From Phoronis australis (Eukaryota > Animalia > Phoronida): a DNA stretch of 64,000 bases. The notes under the pieces were generated by a model, which made no database searches, was not told where the DNA came from, and saw only the letters and a program-made list of their open reading frames with translations. The translations under genes were made by a program, and so were the position numbers. The stretch lies in the NCBI GenBank assembly GCA_002633005.1, contig NMRA01000833.1:1-64000 (forward strand). Reading direction: 5' to 3'. This document shows positions 1 through 13,700 of the stretch, piece after piece. Within the stretch, counting starts at the first letter, position 1. The number at the start of each line of letters is the position of its first letter.

Positions 1-365
1 TCGGCCTGCCTGCGTTGTTTTGTTTGTGAATTTTAGCCAAAATATAGAATAAGCCCAATCTGGGGTCCTGGGGGGTCAGGGAATCCAGGGTAGAGCGTGC
101 GGGTTCATGGCAACCGACTTGAGTATTCTGCATACATTTTGCAATACAATGTCGTGTGCTATACACGTGAAGTTTTATACCAATCTTTTCGGTTCAGATT
201 AAATTTGGAACGAATTCTTGTAAAAAAATAAAAATAAATGTTTAAAAACGTATTTTTAGTTGATGTGTTGAGGTAGCAACACCTGAATACTCCGTTGAGG
301 GAAATTGTTTTAACCAACATTTGTATTAGTTTGTAAGCCTTACTTGTTTATAATCTTTTATTCAG

Positions 366-488
366 AGGCAGCTAAAGTTCCGTGTCAATCTGGCGGAACA
401 CAATGCCCGGCTAATTCTGTCTGCAATCCATCAACCAAAGAATGTAAATGTAAATTGGGATATGTAAATTTCCAAGGTTCCTGCCAGG
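366..488 (+). CDS. Gene A module exon A1
   Basis: ttcag|AG...CAGG|gtaagt, 123 nt; EAAKVPCQSGGTQCPANSVCNPSTKECKCKLGYVNFQGSCQ. Confidence 0.9.
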
Positions 489-3400
489 GTAAGTTGTTTT
501 TCAATACATATATATTACATGTAGATACAAATGATGGCTACCGTGAAGAAACTTTATCCACGTCTTCTTGTTGCTATATTTATCAGGTATACCAGAAATG
601 TTCCAAAAAAGTGGCACTTTCTACAAGTTTGAACACATATTTTGATACTTCGTAGCAATAAATACTTGATATGTTTTGTTCAGTTATTGTTTTTTCCTAC
701 GTTTTACATTTTGAACTTTTGACCCGACAACACACAAAACAGTGCGGGTAACAAAGGATAAATACGATGCAGGCAGTTGAAAGAGGAAGTATGCATACAG
801 TCCTGGTAAACAGAACAGTGTTAGCAACATTTGTCACTATCGTATGATTTTCATAATGCGGCGAAATGAATAAAATAGATAAAATACTTTTTTAAAAAAC
901 ATTTAATTTGAGTTAATGTGTTGAGGTAGCAATACTTTGTTAAAGGAAATTGTTTTAACCAAAAATTGTATTAATTTGTGAGTCTTACTTGTTGATACTG
1001 TTTTATTCAGAGGCAGCTAAAGTTCCGTGTCAATCTGGCGGGACACAATGCCCGGCTAATTCTTTCTGCGTTAAAGCAAGCAAAGAATGTAAATGTAAGG
1101 CGGGATACGTAAACTACCAAGGCTCGTGCCAGGGTAAGTTGCTTTCCAACACATACAGTGCCTGTAGAGACAAATGGTGGCTGCCGTGAAATACTTTAGC
1201 CACGGCTTGTTGCTGCTACGTATATGTAACAGGTGTGCCAGAAATTTTCCAACAAGTCGTACTTTCAACAACCTTGAACCTTTGTTTCGATACTTCGCAG
1301 CAATAAAACTTGATATATTTTGTTAAAATTTTGTAATGATTTTTTCCTACCATTTTACATTTCGACCTGACACGTCGTCAAACACTGCTGGTAAAATGAT
1401 AGAGACGATGCAGCCAGCAGATACCAGTGGCGGATCTACGATATCACAAGGGGGGCCCAACATTTTGTCCGGCTGTAAACATTTGCGCAAACTGAACCAC
1501 GATTGTAGATGCGCATAGCACCGAATGGGGGGAGGTCGGGAGGGGGGTTTGCCCCCCTCCCGCCCAGGAAATTTTGCTGTTTTGACCTCTAAAAATCAAG
1601 TATTTTCCTTGATTCTTGAAGTATTAACCAAGTAAAAAAGGCAAAAAAAACACGGAGAACGTGTCAAACAGGAAAAACTGCAAGTACCAAAGACTAGAAC
1701 ACACAACCTTGCGCATAGAGTGCGCGTGCGTTACCACTACACCACCACGACTTAGCTACTAAACTCAAATTAAGAGACCTACTTGTTTATGGTCCACAGC
1801 GTTTGCGCGCGAAACCTACTTCTTTTTGTAATGCTTATTACACGTTTTGTGCCATCAATTCTTAACAAATTTGTCGTATTTAAAATAGCCTTAAAATGCC
1901 CAAAAGACCAAATCCGTTTTTCGTGTTGGCAATAATGACCGGGGATTGCTTTGGAAATCGTCTTAACATAAGGTTTGACAAAGAGAGTATTGCGAGTTTC
2001 TGAGTGATTCACTAAGGCTTCTATTAAAATTCCCATCTNAACTGAGTCGTAGTGCGCAGCGCCACTGCCGATCGCCTGGGATATCGCAGGAGAGCACTTA
2101 GCCATAGTTCGTTACGAATGCGCCGTGTTCCGAATCTGGCACTTGAAATTGGATTTGAGCCCCCCCCCCCAACACTAAAACTGCACACATTTAAATCTTT
2201 TTTCATCCGTATACTTTTAATTACCGGGGTTAATTAATAAACTCAACATTTCCCTACGCTCTTACTGTTTTTTTTGCGGCAGCCAAGGGGGGGGGGCCCG
2301 GGCCCTCTGGGCCCCCCCCTAAATCCGCCTATGTGAATACATGTATGAATCTCAACGGAGACGAACATTGTTCCAAACAATGTTTGTTCTTAAAAACTCG
2401 CCAAACAAACAATTTGTTTATGAGGTCAAATTCAACAGTAAGTTAGCACCGGACATGCAAAATTGGCCTTGTTGAATAAGCGTCGGGTTTTGAATAAACG
2501 TCGGTGTGGAATAAGCGCCGGGTAAAACATAAGCGTCCGCGACACTGTGGTACGCTTATCGACGTGAGATGGATTTTTGTCACGTTAATGCCATTTTATT
2601 CCCGTCATAGCTCGCTGGTTCCCTGCGTGCCCCTAAGTGGTAAGTAGCCAGCACGCGCTGGCTAGGCACGTGGGGAATCAGCGAACCCTTGATAGCTCGC
2701 TGGTTCCCGCGTGCTTAGCCAATAGTAGCCAGCACGCAGGTATCACGCAGTGGCACGCGCTTTAGCTTTGGTCGATGTAACCTTGGCAGTCATTGGTTAG
2801 CTTTACAACAACGTGAAAAAATGGCGGGCTGTGAACAATTTTTAGCCTTGTCATGCAAGTGGCGACGCAGAAACTATTTCGTTTCTGCAGTGATGTTTAA
2901 TAGTCGCGTGCTTGAAGCACATACATGTACAATAAACACATATCTGGCCGATTTAACCGGTGTGCTATTCATACTGTATGAATACAGGACACTATCGTAA
3001 ACAAAAGTCATCGACAGTAGAAAGATGCATCCCGAAAAGGCGCAATTACAATTTCTAGGCTTCACATTTCCTGAACATAAATTTTAAGCACCCGATTTGT
3101 CTGCACAACAGACCCCATTTACACTTCAGTCCATCAGTCATACCAGTTTGTTTGCGTAATTCGCTACCCGTTGAGAATTTGACTAGCCAATCAGAAACGC
3201 CGATTTAAAAAAAATTTACCGAGGAAAATTAGTGATACCTGCGTGCGCAGAATGTTGAATGTTGGCCAAATCCCCTTTTGTCCACTGACGTCGCAATCAG
3301 CCCCCAGTGGAGGCCCTGAGAACTTAAGTAAACCGAGTTCATGAACTCGGAAGTATCCAGCCCAGCAACGGCGGAGCCAAGCTGGCGAACAGACTTGTAG

Positions 3401-6400
3401 TTATTGTGGGACGTTGAGTATCGTGTTTTTTCTAAAAACATAATGCATGGTATACAGTGGCGGATCTAGGATATCACAAGGGGGGGCACAACATTTTGTC
3501 CGGCTGGAAGCATTTGCGCAAACTGAACCACGATTGTAGATGTGCATAGCACCGAATGGAGGGAGGTCGGGAGGGGGGTGCCATCAATTCTTAACAAATT
3601 TGTCGTATTTGAAACAGTCTTCAAATGCCCAAAAGACCAAATCCATTTTTCGTGTTGGCAATAATGACGGGATTGCCTATTAACATTCAAAATAATTTGC
3701 CTACGGTGGAGTCAGACCTCTCTGAGAATCATTCTACCAACGAAAATGGCCCACCAACACCACCCATCGTTGCAAGCAGTGATAGGCCCTATTATGTCAC
3801 CCGTTCCGGCCGTCAAGTGAAAACTCCTGAACGCTTTCTAGAATAAGTGTTTTAGACATAGTAACATCATTACACTCAGGGGTTGTAGGATGCTTCTGTT
3901 TGCTGTAAGCAAGCATTGATGTACTTTAGTATTAACCTTTGTTTTCTATAAGCTTTATCATTTTTTTNNNNNNNNNNNNNNNNNNNNNNNNNNNNNNNNN
4001 NNNNNNNNNNNNNNNNNNNNNNNNNNNNNNNNNNNNNNNNNNNNNNNNNNNNNNNNNNNNNNNNNNNNNNNNNNNNNNNNNNNNNNNNNNNNNNNNNNNN
4101 NNNNNNNNNNNNNNNNNNNNNNNNNNNNNNNNNNNNNNNNNNNNNNNNNNNNNNNNNNNNNNNNNNNNNNNNNNNNNNNNNNNNNNNNNNNNNNNNNNNN
4201 NNNNNNNNNNNNNNNNNNNNNNNNNNNNNNNNNNNNNNNNNNNNNNNNNNNNNNNNNNNNNNNNNNNNNNNNNNNNNNNNNNNNNNNNNNNNNNNNNNNN
4301 NNNNNNNNNNNNNNNNNNNNNNNNNNNNNNCCTGGCCCCCCCCTAAATCCGCCTGTGGATACACTGTAGAGGAAATATGCAGATCATTTGAACTTTCAGT
4401 AAATTATGTCCTGTCCTGGTACGCAAATAGATCAGCTCTATTAGCCACATTTGTCAGTGTGGTATGATTTACATTTTTCGGCTACATCAGAAAGAACGCA
4501 TCATGTTCACGTTTTCATTTCTTTTCTCCGAAACGGTGCCTACCCCCTGCGAGTCTCCTTTTTAGAAATTCTCAATCTAAGATGTCAAATCCCTGCAAAA
4601 GTTCTTCCAAACCCAAAAAGTGCTCAGGCTATTTTTTACTTTTACTAGCTCTTGATTTTACTCGAACACACAAAGGTGCAATGTTTGAGATTCCTGAGAA
4701 CACATTCACGCCGACTCGCGTGCGTCGGCTTGAATCCTTTTACACCTTTCTTTCTCAAAAGCCTCCTGCATTAATGGTGCACTTTAAGACCCCACTCATC
4801 AATGTTGCATTATCTTTTAAGACGTGTGGGTAGTACCCTGCGAGTCAGGAGGTGCGTCATGCAAATCCCACGCCACCTGTGATAAACCGACCAAAACGTG
4901 CAAATGTGACAAAGGATACATAGAGCACCAGGACAAGTGTGAAGGTGCGTTGAAAAAAGCTTCTTTTGCTGATACTGTAGCTAACACGACAAGTAACTCT
5001 AACCCCATCGCAGCACTGGGTACAGTAGTGAAAATAGGGACGTCGTTAAGATGAAACACCCTATTGAAGTCTAGGGCTAGTAATTAATAACAGCGGCAAT
5101 ATCAGTAACAACATTGATACTGTCATCTATTTGCAGCATTGGCGGTATTAATTGTACCATAGTACATCTGTTATAAGCAACACTGTGCCGCTACTTGTGG
5201 AAGTAACAAGCAATTCAAGTAACATTACAGTATTACTAGTACATCTGTTATAAGCAATACTGTTCCACTAATTTTGGAAGTACCAAGCACTTCAATTAAC
5301 ATTACAATATTATTTAGTACAAAAGTATATCTGTTATAAGCAATACTGTGCCACTACTTGCGGAAGTACCAAGCACTTCAAGTAACATTACAGTATTAAT
5401 AGTACAATAGTACATCTGGTATAAGCAATAATGCACCGCTACTTGTGGAAGTAGCAAGCACCTCAAGTAGCATTACATTAAAAGGACATTAGACCAAGAC
5501 TAGGACGATTCAAATTTGAATGTTTTTATTTTTTAATTTGTAATTCTTACCTTTGTAAATTATTTCGTGCAGAGGTTGGTAAAGTTGCGTGCGAGTCTGG
5601 AGGAACGCTATGCCCGTCAAACTCTGAGTGTGACCTGGCAAGCAAAAAATGCAAATGTAGTGCAGGATATGTGCACTATCAAGGCAAATGCCAAGGTAGG
5701 CTACTTTCTATTAACTAGCAGAGACAAACTTGGGCTGCCGCAGTACACATTTGGAAAGAACTTTCTCCAGGTTATATAATACCTGAATATACATTTACGT
5801 ACACACACCTGTACGTATAAATCGGGTATGAACCTGTAACTAGGCACGAGGGTGCTTAACTTTCTCCAGGCTATATAATATCTGAATATACATGTACGTA
5901 CACACACCTGTATGTATAAATCGGGTATGATCCTGTAACTAGGCACGAAGGTGCTTAACTTCGGTATCTCTGGACTGCCCAAAACACATTCAGTAGACAT
6001 TTTGGAAAAAGATGCAAAAGTGAACATTTCAGTAATTAGTTATCTATGTGTTAGCATTTAGCCATTGGACCGGTCATATTTGAATGAATTACCGAGGCAC
6101 AACCACTTGAGTTTCTTCAAACGTGATCAACATGGCATCTGTACTTCTAAAATAGTGAACTTATTCCATGTCAATTTTAGTCGTCGCCTACATATGTGCG
6201 AATGATTTGTAACTGTTCCGTTCATGACTGAAGGATGCAAACTTACTGGTGCAATCTTGACGTGTCCTAGAGTATGCTAATATCAGTAGCACCAGAGAAG
6301 AATGTTTCCATCCATCGCACCAAATCTCAACTCTCAAATACAAATAATGTACGTACATTTTTGGTTGGCAGACGCGAAGTTTGTGCGAGGATTGCATCTT

Positions 6401-7658
6401 AATGTCTTTATCACTGCTGTTAGGCTATGGCCCCATTTAGTGAATTTGTTGCTCAAAACAGAGACTTACGTATACTACTGAATGTTTTAATCACAGTTTA
6501 TTTAAAATGTTGTATAACTGGTCACTGTGGTCATTGCAGAAATAAATAAAGTTCCTTGTGCTTCGGGCGGAACACTGTGTCCAACAAACGCTGTCTGCAA
6601 TAAGAAAACGAAGTCTTGTAAATGTAAAGTGGGATATATTGACTTCCAAGGCAAATGCCAAGGTAGGGTTATCAGTGTTTCGTTAACTCTGTTGTTTGTA
6701 AGAAATGATGATTTGGACGACTTATTGAAGCGATGAGTTAAGCACAAATTCCTGCATGTTACTGCAGGTCGTCAAGCTCAATACAAGCTTGCACACCTCG
6801 AATAAAGCAACATCTGCAGTTACTGAAAAATATCAGAGCTCCAACTACAATTTCGAATGGAATTAAACGGTACGCCATTTAGTTGAACAGTGATTGGACT
6901 TAAAGAGTTTAAGATAAAGTTAAATGCCAATAAACCACATTTATTACATAACGTATGAACATTATTTTTTCGTTAAAACGAGGTTTGAGCTGTGTGAAGT
7001 GTTATTTACTGATACCCAATCAGCCTGTTTTTGTCCAAGCCGGCATATTCAATCGACACCTAAAGTGACATAAATCGACAGAACTCTGTCATACTTTGAC
7101 AAGTTTGGAAAATATCTTGCCAGAACTATCTTTAAAATGTGACAATAAAGTAGCGTTTTTGTAGAATTTTGTCGAAGTTTATGAGACGTTAGTGTACCAA
7201 ACAGCGAATTTTTATGCGTCGAGATATTTAATTGTTGGTAATTGTCACTCCGTCTGCTTAATCGACTGCAGCAATTGTTCTCAAGAGATTGGCCATTGTC
7301 GGAGTGAATTGCATGTACGACAACAGTCTGATATCATGGTCCCGTGCACCAGCTATGTCGGATATTGCTAGACTATAGACAGAGATCGTGTAACTTCGTA
7401 CTATAGTTGACATAACAGCCACAGGGTTCGCATACCAAAGTCAGTCGTTACACGAATGCTCAAAACAAAAACAGCACAGCGGTTCAGCACGGTAGTGAGC
7501 TATTCTAAGTCATATTCCTGAGTTGTATAAGGTCTGTGTTTTGTTAAATATGTGATCTGACATGAATTTGTTGTTTGTTTATAATTCTAAGAGGACCATG
7601 ATGGATATTAGCCTTTGGCTAAAGCATGTTTTACAATTATTGTCCTCTTTAAATAAAG

Positions 7659-7730
<72 letters not shown>

Positions 7731-10700
7731 TACTTGGGTTTTAATTATTTCAAATGGATCTGCTCCAGCGTTGGTCATGTACTGTTATGATTTGTTTACT
7801 TTCTTGAGGCTGACCTGTCCCCTGTAATCTATCCACACACGTTCTTAACAGGATGACACAGTGTTCACAGAAACATCCCAGAGCCAAATAACCATTTTCT
7901 AATATTGCAAAATTGTGATGAATTTCGTATGATTTCCATTTGTTAACCTTAGTGAATCACTAAAACAATCTTTACAACTGTTGTTAAGATTGTTTTCGTT
8001 AGTCACTTAGTTCAGTTGCACCACATTACTGTCCAGGTGATACAAGCATCAAAAAGTCCATTCAAACAATGGTATCAACAACCATGTTTTGTACTGGACT
8101 TAAGAAAGCAAAACTAGTTCTGTACACAACTGAAAATGGCCTTGATCACATTTGTTTTAGGTCAAAACAGAAGTACCACCTTTATTTACGTAGGCGCTAA
8201 TTTTAAAGTTCGTGTAAATGACTTTATTATGACGTAGATGTGCTACACAGTGAAAAGTTTGTTTAGCAAACTGTTGCACGGTTGCGTACATTTTACTTTC
8301 AGAAATTTCTTGAAACAGTACATGTTACCACTCGGAATGGGCAACTTAAAAACTCCGGAAGTTAGTCTTCCAAATTTTTATCTCTGATTAGATCAGCACG
8401 TACTAGGTTCACAAGCCCAGCACAGAAAATCAACTAGTTATCAACTGATTCTGAGCTTTACACTGGAATACTGGTACTCAAAATTTTGAAAACTTTTAAG
8501 TCTCCGTATTGCTCGCTCCAAATTGAATCTTACTTTGGAAATGCGCCATGTTTTTGTCAGACCTGTTTTACTAAGGTGTGACTTGCCTTTGGTGAAAGCT
8601 GGTATATTTAACTTAACTCGTCTTGGAAACAAGGGTTCATCAATAGTAAAACCTCTATCTGCCATAACTTTGTCTTTGGGTAAAAGGTATTTCAGAAATC
8701 CAGATTTTTGAACAATGTATTTGTCATTTGTCACTACCCTTGCCTCCAAAATGTTTTATATACGTACACATGGTGTACCCATTTTTGGTGCAATTGCAAC
8801 CATATACTTTACAGTATTGTGTGATTTGTACTGGCTTTATGTTTCACCCCCTATCAATGATTTCAAATCAGCTGATCTGTTACCAAATACAAAACACAAG
8901 CAGGCACACTAGCTCAGAAGGTTGGTTTTACAGGCAAGCTGTACTGACTCCAGTGTTTAGTGTAGCATGCCTGTAATGGCGTGACCTCAATATGGCGCTC
9001 CCCAGGAATTCGGCAGTTTCGGCAATGGAATATGTCTATTTTTATAGTGGTTAGACACCTCTGAGCAATTATGACACAGGATTGGTCTCAGAAATAACAA
9101 CAAGTAACTTGGTAACGGAAGCTACCCCTACCTACTAATGTCGGTTGATTTCTTGATTTCGTGTCGATTTCAGATGGAGTGTCAGTGTCTGCAGTGCGCA
9201 ACAGCAATGCGGCACATACTTATATCAGGTAGCTTTCCAAATAAGGAATTGAAGACTTTAACCAAGAAAGGATAATGCATCAAGTAGAGGCACGCTTTGT
9301 AGGAACATAGACCATTGTTTAATCAAGAGTTAATCGTTTATGGTTGGTGTATTTCAGCTATTGCAACTGTCCCTTGTGCGTCTGGTGGCACCAAGTGTTC
9401 AGAGAATGCATTCTGTGACACCAGTAGTAAAGTATGTAGATGTGCACCAGGTTACGTGTTGTTCCAAGGGAAATGCCAAGGTGAGTTCACTTGAACATCT
9501 TATGGCAAGGTCTGATGGAAAAAAAAGTTCGAGTGTGATCAGAAAGCAAGGCCGCCGGTTAGAATGAACGTTCAAAAGGCTTTAAGAAGATATTTTAGTT
9601 TATTTGGGACCCTTGGGAAATGCTTAATTGTTGGGTAATTTTGGAACATCGTATTTCAACATTGGCTGATGGGATTCATATGTATCTTACTATTAGTACG
9701 TAGTGTTATAAAAGTGCTGTTTGGAATTGTTTTTAAAATGTTCCACCTTTGTAGTCAGGCTCTCTAAAAGAAGTGACTTGCATGATTTTCATGAAAGTAC
9801 TCTTAGAAAATGAAATGATATTTTAGAAGACTTAAACAACATTCTTATATTTCACTTTGAACATTTATGTAAAATGAAATTTGATCTGGTTATGGATACC
9901 GTTGTTTTGTACCTATATTTAACTTAATTTCAAATTACACCCATTTAGTGATATATTGATACAAAGTATACAGCCGAATTCCAAAAGCTTTTACATTCAG
10001 TAAATAAATGATACTTTTAGTAGGTTAACATCTCTAGATATTTTGTTAAACACGCGGAACTGTCAATAATGTCCTAAGGTACTCACATAGTCGCTTACAA
10101 TAAATAAATAAATGCTTCGTCATGTACACTTTATGGTGAGTCATCAGCGCCTCTGTTTCATGCCATTTCCTTTTCCCTTCATCATATATTTTAGTGTCTG
10201 TAATCAGTGTTTGAACTTGACCTTGCAAGATGATTTCATATCAGTTAGAATCGCAAAATTTCGGCTATAACAAAACCTCTCACTATGAACTTTAATTTAG
10301 GATTAGTATGCAAGCTTATTTGAGAGAACATCTGTAGAAAGTTAAGCTTAAATCATACTAATTCTTTTTTAAGCAAAAGGCACAGTTCCATGTGAATCTG
10401 GAGGAACAAAATGTCCGACCAACTCATACTGTGATGTCTCTCAACAAGTATGCAGATGTCTTGCGGCTTATATCAAATATGAAGGCGAATGCCAAGGTAT
10501 TGTATGTGGTTTTTTGTCTATTATGGCTTGAGTTATTTTGGTTATACGTGTGGTTTTGTAAGCAACAGGCAGGTTTTAGATGTAGACGTCTAGAAAGACA
10601 CTGTATTGACAGATGGGACAATTAACGTACTTGTTGCGTTCGGGTGATAAGCCATATTGTGCTTTTATATAATTACAGTGTGTCAACCGTTGGTTTCTTG

Positions 10701-13700
10701 ATTTTGTAAATGGGTGAATTTCGGAACCTGGAGAACCTCAAGTTCAGACGTAATCGCAACAATTAAAGTATGCTAAAGAACGTTATTTCATCATGATTAC
10801 ACTTTTCTCTACCACTTAGTCTTGCCTGTTTCTTTGTTATGTTTACATGTATGTGTAAACTGAATATGTTCAGTGCTTGTACATTGTTATGTTTACATGT
10901 ATGTGTATACTGAATATGTTCAGTGCTTGTACATTGTTATGTTTACATGTATGTGTATACTGAATATGTTCAGTGCTTGTACATTGTTATGTTTACATGT
11001 ATGTGTATACTGAATATGTTCAGTGCTTGTACATTGTTTTGCACCTGATTCCTTCATCTGGGAGTAGAGCACAGACAAACTTTTACTCACTCTGAGTGAA
11101 TTTCTCTAAATGGCTGCGCTTGTCTTGTGCATTGGTCCCGCTATAGCCATATCAACAGGTTAAGACATGTAATGGTTTGCAAGCAGCTAGTCATCACCAA
11201 GGAACGTTGAACCATCTGGACAAGTGCGCGTGCGCTTATGTCTTGTCCTCGTGCCGGATATGCTTCATGCATTCTCAAATAGACCGCTGTCAGTTTCTTC
11301 TAGTTATTTAACGGAACGTGTTTTGGATCTTGGTTCGAACCAGGCTCAGTCGCTTCACTGACAGTCACTCTAGCTATTTCATTAAATTTTACCTTTGTCA
11401 AAATCAAACTGATATGCATTGTTGCCCACACATGTATATACAGTTGCATATTGCCGTTATCTCTGTCTGTCCGGGTGTCTGGCGACCGCAGCTGTATCTC
11501 CTAAACCCCTCACAGGATCTCAGTGAAATTTATCAGATGTACTCCAATGAAGCTAACGACAGATGACGATTTTAGGATTTCTATGAAATGTGGCACTTAA
11601 GCATAGGACGGATTTGAGGTATTTTGCCTGACCTAGTCGTCATTTTTATTGTTTTTGAGTATATTTTTGGCCGTCATTCCTTCAGTGTCAACCAAACCAA
11701 ACTCATGATGATTGTGAAAACTAACATATATGCTAGTGTGAAGATGACGTTGGACGATGACTTTCCGACGACATTGACTACTGTGGCGCCTGCCTCCTAG
11801 TGGCAGTTTTTTTGCACCCCCCACGTAGCTCTATATTCTAAACCCTTTGCGATATCTTTATTCAATTTTAGCAAGTGTACTGATATGAAGTTGATAAAGG
11901 CTGGTGACGACTTCCTGGCGGATCCGACGAAGGCTGTGCCACCTTGTGACAATTTCATTTTTTCGTTTTCCTCCATCTCTCTGAAGTTCACTGACGGATT
12001 TTTGTAAAAAATATTCAATAGCTTTGAAACCTATTAACTTTGAAATTTTCTCGTTTTTGCAAGAATTCAATGTATTATGCACCATCTAGTTGCCATTTTT
12101 ACTGCTTTCTAGTCTGTTTTTGACGTCCGGCCTTTTATCAACCAAACCACTCTAAGGATGAAAACTGACGTTTATGTTTCTCCTGTGAAGAGGAGGGCTC
12201 ATGATGATTTTCGGACCACTCAGACTTCCGTGGCTCCTAGTGCCAGTGTTTTGCATTTATGCCTTTATTTGCCAAACCCTGTACATGATCTTTATCAAAC
12301 TTGAAAGTGCATTTATAGGACGTTGACAACCGACAAAGACATTTGGATGGAACCTACTACCGCTGGGCTCACCTAGTGACATTTTTTTCGTTGTCCTCTG
12401 TATCATTGAAACTCATTTTCAGATTTTTGAGGAATAAAACAAATAGGCTTCTGTTAAGGAGACGACAAGGCCTTCTCATTTTGGGTGGATTTGATGTGTT
12501 CTGCACCAGTCTGTAGCCATTTTAACATTTTTGTGTACTTTTTTGACATCACCCTCATTATTAAAATTTGGAGACGTATTTGTGATGAGAAGACTGAGTC
12601 TGACCCCCCTAGTGGCAATTTTATTTTTTTGTACACGGCTGTATCTCCTTACCCTTTGTAAGGTCATCCTGAAATTTAGCTTATGTGCTCTTGAGCGGAT
12701 GGCAACTGATGACGGCCAGTTTCAGACCTACCCAACTACAACTGTGCTCCATAGTTGCAATTTTATTTTTTTACTTTTGCCTCTGTAACTTCAGATTTCC
12801 TTTATGTATTTTCATGAATTTGAGCAAAGAAGTTCTATAATGAAGACGACAGATCTTTCCTTTCTGTGATGCAGTCAACGTATTGTGCACCACGTAGTGG
12901 CCATTTTAATCATTTAGTCTGTTTTATTTCTTCTGCTTCTTCATCAAAAACTGTACATCCTAAACCCCTTGCAAGATGTTTGTGACATTTTGCCGTTTTA
13001 TTCATATTAACTTGACAGGTGTGCATTTGACTATTCCTGTGGTCCCTGATGGTAGTTTGCTTTTTTACTTTTGCCTTATTAGTTCGTACATGTATCTGTG
13101 GAGCTCTTTGATTATTTCCACAACATTTGGCAAATGATTATAAAAGACGACAACACCTTCCCTATCTTGGATGGGTTAAATGTATTCTGAGCCATCCAGT
13201 TGCCATTTTTAAGATAAACACCTCTAGAAGCACACTGGTTGCAGTGGATTTTGTAGGCGCATTTCAACGCTCCAGATTGCTCTAGTTTGAACTTGCTATT
13301 CAACAAAATTCAGAAAGCATGCATGCTTTGTTTACCACTGGAAAGCAGAATTAGTTTTACACGAAGGTCGACTGCTATATCACTGTGAGTGACAATATGT
13401 TTGTACATTTTAGAGCGTTCTAAAGTACCTTGCGAGTCCGGTGGTACACGGTGTCCTGCCAATTCATTCTGTAACACTGCTAAAAAAACTTGCCACTGCA
13501 ACTGGGGTTACATCTTATTTCAAGGCCACTGTCAAGGTAACATATGAAAATAACAAAGTTCCAGTTTTGTTGTTGACAACGCTAGTTGCTTTTTGCTGAA
13601 TTGAAAACGGTTTACTAATAAACTCTCCGAGTTGATTTGAGGATTTTATTAAGTCGTAAATGGTTTACTTACAAGCTCTCCGAGTTGACATGATTATTTC

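Larger units (their letters stand above)
225..1420 (+). repeat. Recent tandem duplication of exon plus flanking intron (period ~645 bp)
   Basis: Intron sequence around A1 and A2 aligns (gtgttgaggtagcaa, ggaaattgttttaacc, gatacttcg..gcaata..aacttgatat). Confidence 0.85.

Noticed and set aside
3785-3846. YVTRSGRQVKTPERF, similar to Gypsy integrase C-terminal tails
   Set aside because: Too short, with no LTR or other pol sequence visible
7562-7744. Poly-Tyr ORF
   Set aside because: Translation of a (TAT)n microsatellite
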